NCBI RefSeq assembly: GCF_963921235.1
Contig: NC_086108.1
Coordinates: forward strand, 16,740,001-16,804,000
Direction of reading: 5' to 3'
DNA: 64,000 nt
DNA from: Mobula hypostoma
Lineage: Eukaryota
Shown here: piece by piece, positions 52,058 to 64,000 of the stretch
Layout: each line of letters starts with the position of its first letter
Position numbering within the stretch: the stretch's first letter is position 1
Position numbers and translations under genes: made by a program
Notes under the pieces: generated by a model
The model's database searches: none
Seen by the model: the letters and a program-made list of their open reading frames with translations, nothing else
What the model was told of the DNA's origin: nothing

Positions 52058-53904
52058 CTTCGGGGGCAAATCAAGGTCCTGAAAGGCTCCTTAAAAATGC
52101 AAGTCTTCTTACTTTCTTGCTTCCTTTCATGGATCATAGGCACCTGTCATCACTTGTACAGAAGAGGCAGTTGAACGATGGAGAATAGATAACACAAAAG
52201 AATCCACTCTTCAGGTGATAGTGTTTCAGTGAAAAACTAATCTCCTGAACAGTATCCTTTACTGAATGTTTGAGTATATATTAAAATACCTGGTAAATAC
52301 TTGAAACATGAATTAAGCAGCTCTTGGTACCATGACAAATTTCTATCTGCTTTCTTATTTTCAAGAGGCAATGAAACTAAATATATTTTTACCTGTGGTG
52401 GGGTTGTGGCATAAAGAGTGTATTTTATGTTTTTTATTGCTGGAAATGGGTCAGATAAGGTAAGAAATGAATTCCTGGGTTATGCCTAAAACTATTGTTT
52501 TTGGATATCAACAGCTAAATAAACAACACTTGTGATGTTTATAACTTCACAGTCAGATTACATCAAGAATGATAACCAATGAACTCAAAAAATTACCACA
52601 ATTAATAGATGATGTGAAATAAATGAGAAAAGCAGAACATTAATTTCACCTTCCACTGCTTCAGATGAAATCACTAATAAAGCACAGTCACACAGGAGAT
52701 CTAATAGCCTACCTTTAAGTTATCTTAGAATTTTAATAAGAATTTTAATAAGAATAAAAAAGGCAGTTATTCTCCTCATCATGTATCCAGGGAAGCCATC
52801 CATTAGTTCTTTTCTTTCTTTCCTTATTTCACTGTACCAGAGCAACTCCTCCTCCTTCATATGTCTGTCAACACGCCACTGACTTTTTTTCTTTCTTTTT
52901 GGTAGTAAAATTTAATCAAAGGTAAATTGAAGTCATCAGTTAACCATCATCACCATGAATGCAAAGTGGGAGAAAACATGAACATTCGAGGTCCCGCCAC
53001 TGCCTGCAAGGAGTTTGTACGTCCTCCCCATGACTGCGTGGGTTTCCTCTGGACTTAAAATCAGGGGAGTGCTGGACAGAAGGGCCTGTTCTGCACTGTA
53101 ATTTAACAAATAAATAGATAAACAGACAAACAAACCCACAGAATTATTGAGAGAACTGGCAAGTATTGCAAGGAAGCATCGATCCAGATCCAGAAGGATT
53201 AGAGAGCTGCAAGACAGAAGCACTGACTGCTAGAGTTCGTTGTGTAGTTTTTACTTAACTGATGTCAAATACCTTTGGGAGGCACAATGTGCAGCCTTGC
53301 AGCTCTAGCCACCCTGGTTGAATCCTGATATGTGGTGCTATCTGTGGAAAGGACAAGGATGTGGAATTGATTGCATTTACAACAGTAGCCTCCTGTGGTA
53401 CAACGATTCTATGATTTCATTGTGAGGCCAGTCAACCTATCAATGTATTGGAAACAATCAGATATCATAGCTTATACTGGAAATGCATGAGTTAACTAAG
53501 GAGAGGCAGCACACATTAGTTACTGGTAAAACAAAGTCTGATTAAGCTTATGGAATTATTTAATGAGGCAACAGAAAAACTGGCCAGGATACCAACCTCA
53601 CAGAATTGCCTGCATATGTAGCAGCAGATGTGACAGGCTGCTACATATTCCAACTTGTGGATCAGTTTTAAGTTATCCATTCTTTCCCCAGCCAGTTATA
53701 AATGTTGGAAGACAATTTCATGAATATTGGGAAGAGTATGTTCCACCATATCCCATCTTCAGTTATGCCAGAGTCCAGCAAATGAATATGAAAGATAAGC
53801 CTCAAGCACTTGCAAGCATCTTCAGCCAGAAATAACATGGACGAAATAGGATGCATCCTATAGAGCTGAAAGATGCAATGAAATAAAAGGCAAATCTTTA
53901 ATGT

Positions 53905-54260
53905 TCTCAGCCAGCTCTATCATGGGCACTAGCCTTCCCAGCATTGAGGATACTTTCAAAAGGAAATGCCTCAAAAAGGTGGTATTCATCAATAAGGACA
54001 CCCACCACCCAGGAAACACCCCCTTTTCATTGCTACCATGAAGGTGGTGGTACAGGAGACTGAAGATGCCCACTCAACATTTCAGGAACAACTTCTTCCC
54101 CTCCAACAACAGATTTCTGAATGGTCAAAAAACCGATGAACACTACCTCACTACTATTTTCCTCTCTTTTTGCACTACTCATTTATTTTACACAAACACA
54201 CATATATTTATTGTAATTGTTTTTTTTATCATGTATTGCCATGTACTGTGCCACAAAACA
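53905..54260 (+). mobile_element. Rex1-like 3' fragment
   Basis: LPSIEDTF..CLKK..INKDTHHPG..FRNNFFPS. Confidence 0.75.
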
Positions 54261-54729
54261 AAAAAACAAAGAAACAAAAAAGGTTCCAGCAGAATTTTGT
54301 GACAAAAAAAGCTGCTCTTTAGTTTTAAGAAGACTGCTTTTAAATTAACGTATTTGTTTAGAAGGTCATGTTTTGGTATAAAGACCTGCGCTGCAAGTTA
54401 AATGATGCATCTTCAGTAGCTACGGCAACTTAAATTGTTTTTGTGATCAAGAATTCAAAATCATTTCTATCATTCTATTTTAATCCCCACTGGATTGATT
54501 ATTGAATTCAGAACATATATTCACTGCAAAATCAAATTCAGCAAGAACTTTATGTGAGAAGCCACAAGACTCATTTGGGCATTAGAGCAATGGATTATCC
54601 AATTACAAAGTGAATCAAACTCAACAGGCAACAAGGGGATTGCATTCTGCAAACTGTGAAAGCACACAGTTGCTTGGGAGCTACAAAAATGTCAATTAAT
54701 TTCTGGTGACTGACCTTCATGATTGACAA

Positions 54730-55790
54730 GCAAAATCAGGTTTAATAACACTGGCATATGTCATGAAATTTGCTGTTCTGTAGAAGCAGTACATTGCAAT
54801 ACATAATTAAAACATATAAATTACAATTAAATATATTTATTTTAAATAAAATTAGTAGTGCAGAAAAGAAAAAAGAAAAAAAAAATTAGTTAGGTAATGT
54901 TCATGGGTTCATTGTCCATTTAGAAATCTGATGGCAGAGGGAAGAAATTGTTCTTCAAACGTCTTCAGGCTCCAGTACCTCCTCCTCGAGGCATCGCTTT
55001 TTGAAGATGCCCTCAGTGCTGGGGAGGCTCATCCCCATGATAGAGTGAGTTCACAATTTTCTGCAGCTTCTTCCGATCCTGTGCAGTGCCCCCTCCATAC
55101 CAGATGGTGACGCAACCAGTTAGAATGCTCTCTGCAGTACATTTGTAGAAAATTGCAAGTCTTTGGTGACATACCAAGTCTCTTCGGACTCATAATGAAG
55201 TATGGCCTTTGTTGTGACTTTTGTGATTGTATCAATATGTTGGGCCCAGGATAGATCTTCAGAGATGTTGACACCCAGGAACTTGAAACTGCTCACCCTC
55301 TCCAATGCTGATCCCACAATGAGGACTGGCGTTTGTTCCCTCAACTTCCCATCCTGAAGTCCACATTCAATTCACTGGTCTTACTGATGTCGAGTGCAAG
55401 GTTGTTGTTGTGACACCATTCAACCAATTGATCTATCTCACTGTAAACTCATCTCAATCTGAAATTCTGCCAACAATAACGTCAATCGCAAATATATACT
55501 GTATATGTTGTTTGAGTTGTTGCTAGTCACATAGTTGTGGGTGCAGAGAGAGTAAAGCAGTGGGCTAAGCAACATCCTTATGGTGTGCCAGTATTGTTTA
55601 TCAGCGAGGGGTATATGTTATTTCCAATCCACACAGACTGTGGGCTCCCAATGAGGATGTTAAGGATCCAGTTGCAGAGAATGGTATAGAAGCCCAGATT
55701 TTGGAACATGTTGATTAGAATTGAGGGCATAATTGTGTTGGATGCTGAACTGTAATGAATAACCTACAGCCTAGCATGGGTACTGCTATT
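54730..55790 (-). mobile_element. Rex1-like LINE fragment
   Basis: LERVSSFKFLGVNISEDLSWAQHID, upstream NWIL/TGTP remnants and a 3' UTR. Confidence 0.82.
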
Positions 55791-56040
55791 GTAGGTATAA
55801 CCAATAATGTTGAAAATGTATCAAAATTTTCACATTGGCAGGAGGAATCCAGTTTTCAATTCCATTTTTTATCTACAAGACCCTGCTTAGCATGCAGAAT
55901 GGGCCTCAAAAAATTGCAGGTAAACAAGGAAAGTAATATTGTCTTCTCATTCATCACAGTAATTTGCAAAACTCAGGAGACATAATTTTATCTGGGAGTG
56001 GAGAAGGGATAAGTTAAACCACAAAACTATTTTTAACCCT

Positions 56041-56884
56041 TGTGACGGGGTCCTGAATTACCCCTATAAACTGTGCTTGATTACCCCTATGAACTGTGCT
56101 TCTGAAAAGAGAGAGAGAGAGTTATTCCGACATGGTGTTTCGAAAGAGAGAGAGAGAGACAAAGACTGTTCACAGGTTGTTTATACTTTCTCCAAGGACA
56201 TTGCCTGCTTGTACATTCTTACATAGACAGAGAAGGGCGGAGTTATTTGAATGACAGGTGGTACCCAGTACGGTGAGATAAACAGGAGGTCAGATGATAT
56301 AGACCTCAGACACATGTTTTGGACACTGAATGAGCTTTGTTGTGCCTGCAGAAAAAGTGGGTTTTCGGAGAATCAATCAGGCAGACCGATCAGTGGCTCT
56401 TGCAGTGAAAAGAAAAGGCAGTGACTGGTGGGGAGTTGTCCATGTGTTCACCCTTGCCTGGGTGATAGCTCCACCACAGAAAACTGGTCCCCTTTGTGGA
56501 AGTCACAGTTGGTGACTTTTAAAGGATTTCGGAGGACAACGAGAAGATTGACGGCGTCAGTTCAACTGAAGACTCAAATCTCTCCCTATCTCTCTCTCTC
56601 TCTCTCTCTCTCCATCACTACTCAACTCAATACCACAAACTGAACTGAACTTTATTCATCATCATAAGACTGTACCTTTTTACCCCTAGACTTGAAGAAG
56701 CTTGATTTTCATTTATATTCCACACTTACTTTTATATAATCATTGCTAACCTGTTTGATTTATCTACATTTATATTACTGTATTGCATAGTTTCTAATAA
56801 ATATTATTAGTTAATAGCAATACTGGACTCCAGAGTGTTTTCTATTTCTGCCGGCTCTTTATTCCTGTCACGGGGTACATGACA
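56041..56884. mobile_element. Putative solo LTR
   Basis: Begins TGTGACGGGG and ends ..CACGGGGTACATGACA (TG..CA). Internal short direct repeats, (GA)n/(CT)n tracts and AATAAA. No clean 4-6 bp TSD. Confidence 0.45.
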
Positions 56885-58449
56885 AATTTTTTAACAAGAT
56901 TTTATAGCTATTGTTGTCTTGTGGTTCCTTTCTCGGTTGTCAGCCATCATTCTGAATGACCATCAAGGAGGTGGGACATCTATCACTCATGGCCCAGAGA
57001 TTATGAGGAGGACTCAGCAGGCTGCTTTGCCATCTACTATCCCAGCAGCTGTTCCTCACCAGCATGGTAGGCTGACTGCATAAAACTTCTGCAAGTAGTC
57101 ATTGGGATCAATCATATTTTCTGCCATCTGACAATGTGACATGGATCTGCTGCACTAATCCCTTAGTAAGATGTCCCATTAGGTCTCTCCATTGTCACTG
57201 TATTACTGGAGTGGGTGTCTGGAATAGAGATTGCCAAATGTGCGAAAGGAAGTAACAAAAAAAGTGAAGGAGAATTTGAAGGGATGAAGAAGTACCGACT
57301 GACATTGAAGGTTTGTTTGCCTGAAGGAGATTTCATCAGATACCTATTATTGAGAAGCTGCCTTTACACCGAATTGTTTCTGGTAGAAGTTTACTCATCT
57401 GTACTTTGGCTATCAATATTAGTGTGCGCAAATTTGCACATTAGACAAAGAATCTGAAATGCAAGTATAAGAGGCAAAAAATGGCAATTTGGGAGTACAG
57501 CAAAACTACACCAGAAATCAACACTTTCAATCTAAAAAATCTTTCAGCAAATTCAACAATGGCTAGGAAACTGCAGCTTTTGCATTAGTGAATAAAAACA
57601 TAATTATATCTTACACCTATCCACATCAAGACAGCTTTACAAAATTGTATGTAAAATATGCACAAGGAATAGAATGTAACCTATCTATAATTGATCACTG
57701 CCTACCCAATTGATTTAAAGAGCAGCTATTATTATCTCTAAGCATAATTCCTTCCCTTTTCCAACTTAATAGATAGTCAACATCTTTTGCAGCTTTGAAC
57801 TACAAATTCATGTGACTGCAAAAACTCAGTGAATCAGTGAGGAACCTATTTAACCTGCTGTTTTGAAATTTTGTTTTACTCTTGTCAGGCTTCACTATCT
57901 TCCAGGCTACAATTTTTCTATTAATATGAGACATAATTTGAAATCATAAAATAGACAAGATAGGTGAATACCAATACATATGCCATTCATTACTGTAAGA
58001 CAACAATTCCACTTTTTTGGAAAAACACTAAGGTTAAGTGAATACTTCCGAAGCTCAGCTGTCAAAGCAACAGCTCAAAGCTACTGTCAAACGACCTTGC
58101 TGCAGTGAAGCAAACAAAGGAGAAATGCAAATATAGATGCACATAGAGACCTTAGTTCACTCCCTGCAATTCGACCGAATTGCAGTAAAAAGAAGATCAG
58201 AAAAAAAAGCAAATCCTTTCGGAATGACCACTCCCAGTTGAATTTAGCTTAAGGATTTCACTCAGTGCTGCTGCTATTTTAAACGCTGGGAACAGTAGCA
58301 ACAGATTTTATGAATTTTGTAAAAATTTCTTGAGCAACCTATTTAATGCGCTTTTTTGTAATACAAGTTAAACTAACTAGTTCACATGGCCAACCAATTG
58401 ATACCAACTGCAAAAGATTCTAGATGAAAAAAATCATTATTTAAACAGA

Positions 58450-58638
58450 AACAACAGGAATTCTGCAGATGCTGGAAATTCAAGCAACACACATCAAAGT
58501 TGCTGGTGAACGCAGCAGGCCAGGCAGCATCTCTAGGAAGAGGTACAGTCGACGTTTCAGGCCGAGACCCTGACGAAGGGTTACCTCTTCCTAGAGATGC
58601 TGCCTGGCCTGCTGCATTCACCAGCAACTTTGATGTGT
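58450..58638. mobile_element. Inverted PLE pLTR mini-insertion
   Basis: Minus arm 58450-~58571, plus arm to 58638. TSD ATTATTTAAACAGA at 58436-49 and 58639-52. Confidence 0.92.
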
Positions 58639-60037
58639 ATTATTTAAACAGATATTGTTGACTATTTATCGAAATCAAACCTTTTCTGATGTTCAATTTT
58701 CAACTAATTTCTGGCCTATGACCAATTATTTAATAGCGAGAACAATTTCCTTGTTTCCCTATAGCAGATGACATCAAGAAAGAAAGAAAATAGCTTTTTC
58801 ATGTCTCAGTGAACCATATAAACATTAAAAGCTCAATGTTCAATCTCTGCCTTATGGAAGTTCAAAGTACATTTAATACCAAAGTATGTATACCATAAAC
58901 AACTTTGGGATTCATCTTCTTACAGGTAGCCACAAAACAAAGAAACACAACACTACAAAGACAGTCATTCAATGTGTGAAAAAATAACTTGTGCAAACAA
59001 TAAAAAAGCGAAAAGCAATCCACACAACATGAACTGCAGAATTCCTGAAAGTAAATTCACAGTCATGAAGCTAGTTCAGCTCCGCAGCAGGCCACAGACT
59101 CAGAGCGAGGTTCAATGCTGAGGTGAGTAAAACCTCATGGAGCAGTGAGATGAACACCAGTTTGTCCTCTGCCCTCGGCCTCAAAGCCTTAATCTTTTTA
59201 ATCTGGCTCAGCGTTTCAATCAGCCAAATATCGGTTTGTTATCTGCTCTTGGGACCAGGCCCTGCCACTTTAATCCAGTCCAAAGTTTCAGTCTGGGCTC
59301 AAGTCCACTCTAGCAATGACTGCTGTGGCCATACCTGCATTCTCGATTCTAGTTAACCAAACATTTCAGGTTACCACAAAAAAGCTAGGTTGTACAAACG
59401 GTTCAAAAGCACACCTCTCAGCAGGAAATTGCAGGCTTGCAATTGCAATGATTGTAGTTTTGAAGAAGTATATTTAGTAGAATTGTTAGTAGTTTTGTTA
59501 GCTGCCTGCAAAGTGTCACCTTGTCTCGCCAGTGCCATCTTCTGCTACCGGTAATGTATAGTAGCGGACAGTAGAGAGCTTGGTGTCCTTGGGTTACTGA
59601 GCAGAAATGAGAGAGTGAAAATAGTCATTGTTTCTGCTTTTAGTATTTTTTGGTGATATTTGTTAGATGTCTGCTATGAAATGTAAAACAGATTATATTC
59701 TGTTGTAAAATACATTATATTCTGGTGAGAAAGTCCAATGCATTCCATCCTACCAAAAAGGTCAAAATTCACATTCAAGATACTGGTCAAGCTTTACTTG
59801 AGCAAGATATCAGAGATTGCCCATTGTCAATGTACTTGCCAAGGCACCACATGAAAAACTTACTTTCAAATGAAGTAACCAGTCGGCGATCAAAAAGACA
59901 CAAATGATTCAGTGCAGATTGCTTGGTGTGACTTTTCCTGCCATGGTCTTCAAAATCTTTAAAGAAAAGTCAGTTTCCAAACATTCTAATACCAATAAGT
60001 GGGGGACGCAAAACCAAACAAACTGGAAACCTTGGTA

Positions 60038-62540
60038 CAGGTCCACAGTCCTTTATCCGAAATTCTGAAATCCAAAAAGCTCCAAAAACCGATGTCTTTT
60101 TCGCCAACAGCTGACGTCACTCAGGTGTGACGTGGCAGCACTAGCAGAGCCTGCCAGACATCAGTTGTGGCTCAGTGCTCGTACTGGTTACACGTGCATT
60201 TGCTGTTCGCTGATATTTTGTGTTCACTGTTGACTTTGTGTTTAATTTCACTGTGAAAATGTCAAAAAGAGCTGCAGATACCCCTATGGGTAACAATGAG
60301 AAAAAGAGAAGGAATCTTCTCTATCAATAACGCAGAAAGTGGAGTTATTGCAGAAGCTTGACCGTGGTGTATCTGTGTGGCACCTTACTGAAGAATGGCA
60401 TCGGAACTACCACTGTATATGATTTAAAGAAACAGAAAGACAAGTTACTGAAGTTTTATAGTGAAAGTGATGACCATAAACTAATGAAAAATAGGAAAAC
60501 AATGTATAGGGCAAAAAAGGAAGATCTTGACTGTGTGTTGATTGAATGGATTAGACAAAGAAGAAATGAATGTATGCCGCTGAATGGCATGTTGATCATG
60601 AAACAAGCTAGAATATACCACGAAGAACTGAACGTTGAAGGTGAGTGTCAATATTCGGAGGGTTGGCTGCAGTAATTTAAGAAGCGTCATAGTGTAAAAT
60701 ATCTGAAATTCTGTGGTGAAAAAGCTTCTGCTGATCATGAAGCAGCTGAAAATTACATTGACGAATTTGCCAAGATAGTATCTGATGTAAACCTCAGCCC
60801 TAAACAAATTTACAATGCTGATGAAACAACTTTGTATTGGCGCTATGTTCCTAGAAAAACATTAACAACGGCTGATGAGAGAGCACCAACAGGTTTTAAA
60901 GATGCTAAGGACAGGTTAACTATTCTTGCGTGTGCCAATGCAGCAGGCACACACAAAGTGAAGTTGGCAGTGATTGGAAAAAGCCAACATCCGAGATTTC
61001 TGCAAGGTGTACGCAATTTACCTGTGCATTATTATGCAAACAAGAAAGCATGGGTAACCCGAGAAATGTTTTCTGACTGGTTCAATAACTACTTTGTATC
61101 AGCGGCATGAGCTCATTGCAAGCAAGCTGGACTGGAAAAAAACTGTAACATTTTATTGTTCCTGGACAACTGCTCCACACATCCCCCTGCCGAACTTCTT
61201 GTGAAAAGTCATGTTTTCGCAATTTACTTGCCCCAGTGTGACATCTGTATTACAGCCTTGTGACCAAGGAATTTTACGCTCCATGAAGAGCAAGTGTAAA
61301 GACTACTTTTTTGAATTGTATACTTTCTGCAGTCAACAGAGGAGTAGGAATTCAAGACTTCCTGAAAGAGTTCAATGTTAAGGATGCCATTTACGCAGTT
61401 GCTAATGCTTGAAATGATGTTGATGAATTAACATTAACAAATGCTTGGCAGAGACTTTGGCCTACAATGATGCTTGATGTAAATGAACCTACAGATCAAG
61501 ACTTTGAAGGATTTCGTGTCACTAATGAGATGATGATATCAAACCTCGTAATTTACGCTAAAATGTTATCGAACAAAAGTGTAAATAAGTTAGAGGAAGC
61601 TGACATCGAAGAAATGCCGAACATCGACAATGATGCACCTATTGTGCATTCCTTGAGTGATGGGGAAATTACTGAAAAGGTGTTAAATACAGATAAGCAT
61701 GAAGATAGTAGTGATGACGCTGTCATAGTGAATACAGGTGAAAAAATCCCCATAGTCGATATGGTGAAAATGTGTGATCAATTAATTGCTGGCCTTGAAC
61801 AACATGCATTTATCAGTGAGTAAGAGATTCTGGCAGTTTACTCAGTTAAAGAAAGATTGCTTAGACAACCTATGTTAATGAGACAAATGACACTTGAAGA
61901 AGTCTTTAAAAACGCCATCTGTCGTAGTGCTGCTTCATATCTTGAGAATCCTGTTCCTGGCCTATCAGGTACCTGTAGCGTATTTAGCTTTGTTTGTCAG
62001 GCATAATGCAACTTAACTAGCTTAGTTTGAACCTGTATATGTCCTAGAGCATTTACGTTATTTACCATGTGTTTGATTCCGTTGGTTTGAAGATGTATAT
62101 TTTTACGTTTTATTGAATGTTTAATAAAACTGTAATAGTATTTGTAGCCCTTATTTATCCCACTTAACTATACGTTTTGTGTTTAATTTCATTGTGAAAA
62201 GGTCAAAAAGAGCGTGGATAGGGAAAACCCGTAAGTTCTCTCTCCAGCACTCGTTGTTTGAGCACACAGACTTTTTTTCTTGTCATTATTCCCCAAACAA
62301 CACAGTATAACAACTATTTACATAGCATTTACATTGTATTAGGTATTATAAGTAATCTAGAGATGATTTAAAGTATACGGGAGGATGTGCGTAGGTCCGG
62401 AGCTCTCCCGGGTCCTAAAGTCCACCCGCACAGAGGCAGGTTAATTATCAATATAATTATCAATTTTCTAAAATCCGAAAAATTCTGAATTCCAAAATGC
62501 AACTGGCCCCAAAGATTTCGGATAAGGGATTGTGGACCTG
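60038..62540 (+). mobile_element. Full-length pogo/Tigger DNA transposon with decayed transposase (about 60259-61980)
   Basis: TA-flanked TIRs CAGGTCCACAGTCCTTTATCCGAAAT / ATTTCGGATAAGGGATTGTGGACCTG. MSKRAADTPMGN.., SEGWL, IYNADET, KDRLTILACANAAG, FLDNCSTH, QPCDQG. Stops and frameshifts. Confidence 0.94.
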
Positions 62541-62659
62541 TATTAATTCTTGATCTGTGCTGCTAAACCTTAACATTGGGATCAATGCTTTGTAAGGGGG
62601 AAATAACCTAAGCTTTACTCTTGCCATCACCATTAAGTCCTCTGTTGACTACTGGCCCT

Positions 62660-63440
62660 ACATTCCTCTTTAGAACACCTGGAGAATAAAGATGCATACG
62701 TAAGGTTCCTTTTCATTGACTACAGCTCTGCCTTTAATACCATCGTTCCAAATAAACTGATTCCTAAGCTCCGGAACCTGGACCTTAGCACTCAGATCTG
62801 CAGCTGGATCTCAACTTCCTCACAGACAGTTTTTACGCTGTAAAAATAGGGGGCAAGCTCTCCTCTACAATCACTCTGAGCACCGGTGTCCCACAAGGCT
62901 GTGTACTCAGCCCCCTGCTGTACTCACTGTACATCCATGATTGTGTAGCCAAGTTTCCATCAAACTCAATATATAAGTTTGCTGATGACACAGCAATTGT
63001 AGGCCGTATCTCGGGTAATGATGAATTTGAGTACAGAGAGGAAATTAAGAACCTGGTGGCATGGTGCGAAGACAATAACCTATCCCTCAACGTCAGCAAA
63101 ACAAAGGAATTGGTTGTTGACTTCAGAAGGAGTAGCGGACCGCACGACCCAACTTACATCAGTGGTGTGCAAGTGGAACAGGTCAAAAGCTTTAAGTTCC
63201 TCGGGGTCAATATCACAAATGACCTGGCTTGGTCCAACCAAGCAGAGTTCACTGCCAAGAAGGCCCACCAGCGCCTTTACTTCCTGAGAAAACTAAAGAA
63301 ATTTGGCCTGTCCCCTAAAACCCTCACTAATTTTTATAGATGCACCGTAGAAAGCATTCTTCCAGGGTGCATCACAACCTGGTATGGAAGTTGTTCTGTC
63401 CAAGACCGAAAGAAGCTGCAGAAGATCATGAACATGGTAC
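62660..63440 (+). mobile_element. Rex1/Babar LINE RT fragment
   Basis: [65 protein letters not shown]. Confidence 0.92.
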
Positions 63441-63891
63441 TGATAATTATCTTGAGATTCAATTTCTTTCAGTCATTTACAGGAAAAAATGCCAGCGATT
63501 ACCTGTCAGGATTTGATTCCCACTGCTGTTTGTTAGGAGTTTACACGTTCAGCCTGTGACCACATGGGTATCCTCTCCAAATATGTATGGTCAGGGCCTG
63601 TGTTAGTGCACTGTGGGCATGCTATATTGGTGCTGGAAACATCACAACATTTGTGAGCTGCTTGCAGCACAATCCTAGGGCTATGTTGGTCGTTGACATA
63701 ATATAAAACACTTCACAGTATGTTTCAATGTACATGTGACAAATAAAGCTCATTTATTCAATCTACGGAAAAAGCAGAACAAATTATCTCCACAAACAAC
63801 AGGAATTCTGCAGATGCTGGAAATTCAAGCAACATACATCAAAGTTGCTGGTGAACGCAGCAGGCCAGGCAGCATCTATAGGAAGAGGCGC

Positions 63892-63927
63892 AGTCGACGT
63901 TTCAGGCCGAGACCCTTCGTCAGGACT
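63892..63927 (-). ncRNA. Minimal hammerhead ribozyme
   Basis: Exact reverse complement of the 25951-25986 motif. Confidence 0.85.
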
Positions 63928-63963
63928 AGTCCTGACGAAGGGTCTCGGCCTGAAACGTCGACT
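63928..63963 (+). ncRNA. Minimal hammerhead ribozyme
   Basis: Identical to the 25951-25986 motif. Confidence 0.85.
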
Positions 63964-64000
63964 GCGCCTCTTCCTACAAATTATCTCCACGATAGTTTTC

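Larger units (their letters stand above)
63794..63975. mobile_element. Inverted PLE pLTR mini-insertion containing a perfect palindrome
   Basis: TSD ACAAATTATCTCCAC at 63779-93 and 63976-90. Confidence 0.93.

Noticed and set aside
52645..52700. Candidate XPR1 exon 2 (..GCAGTGGAAG|GTGAAA on minus)
   Set aside because: The translation CALLVISSEAVE does not match the expected AFKDMLYSAQDQAPSVE. I could not find exon 2 or exon 5 in the window.
60259..61980. Domesticated TIGD/JRK-like gene
   Set aside because: Multiple stops and frameshifts together with intact TIRs and a TA TSD indicate a dead transposon.

Overview
Eukaryotic, repeat-dense vertebrate DNA. The CR1, Rex1 and Penelope families and the HE1/V-SINE-like elements suggest a cartilaginous fish such as a ray or shark (inference). 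The only host gene I can support is XPR1 (SPX-EXS phosphate exporter) on the minus strand. Two SPX-domain exons are visible (40680-40781 and 14396-14616, matching human exons 3 and 4), so the whole window is probably intragenic, with a 26-kb intron between them. Almost everything else is nested transposon material: CR1, Rex1/Babar and RTE LINEs, Tc1, pogo/Tigger, hAT-Charlie and PIF/Harbinger DNA transposons, SINEs, and many Penelope-like elements (PLEs; RT plus GIY-YIG). The most interesting signal is the PLE system. Its pseudo-LTRs carry a 36-nt minimal hammerhead ribozyme. Several insertions share an inverted architecture with 13-15 bp target-site duplications (TSDs) and a recurrent breakpoint in a terminal hairpin, and one forms a perfect 98-bp palindrome of two back-to-back hammerheads. 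Also notable are a tandem pair of hAT elements with three TSD copies and a twin-primed RTE insertion. Family names come from motif recognition, not database searches, and boundaries of old repeats are approximate.
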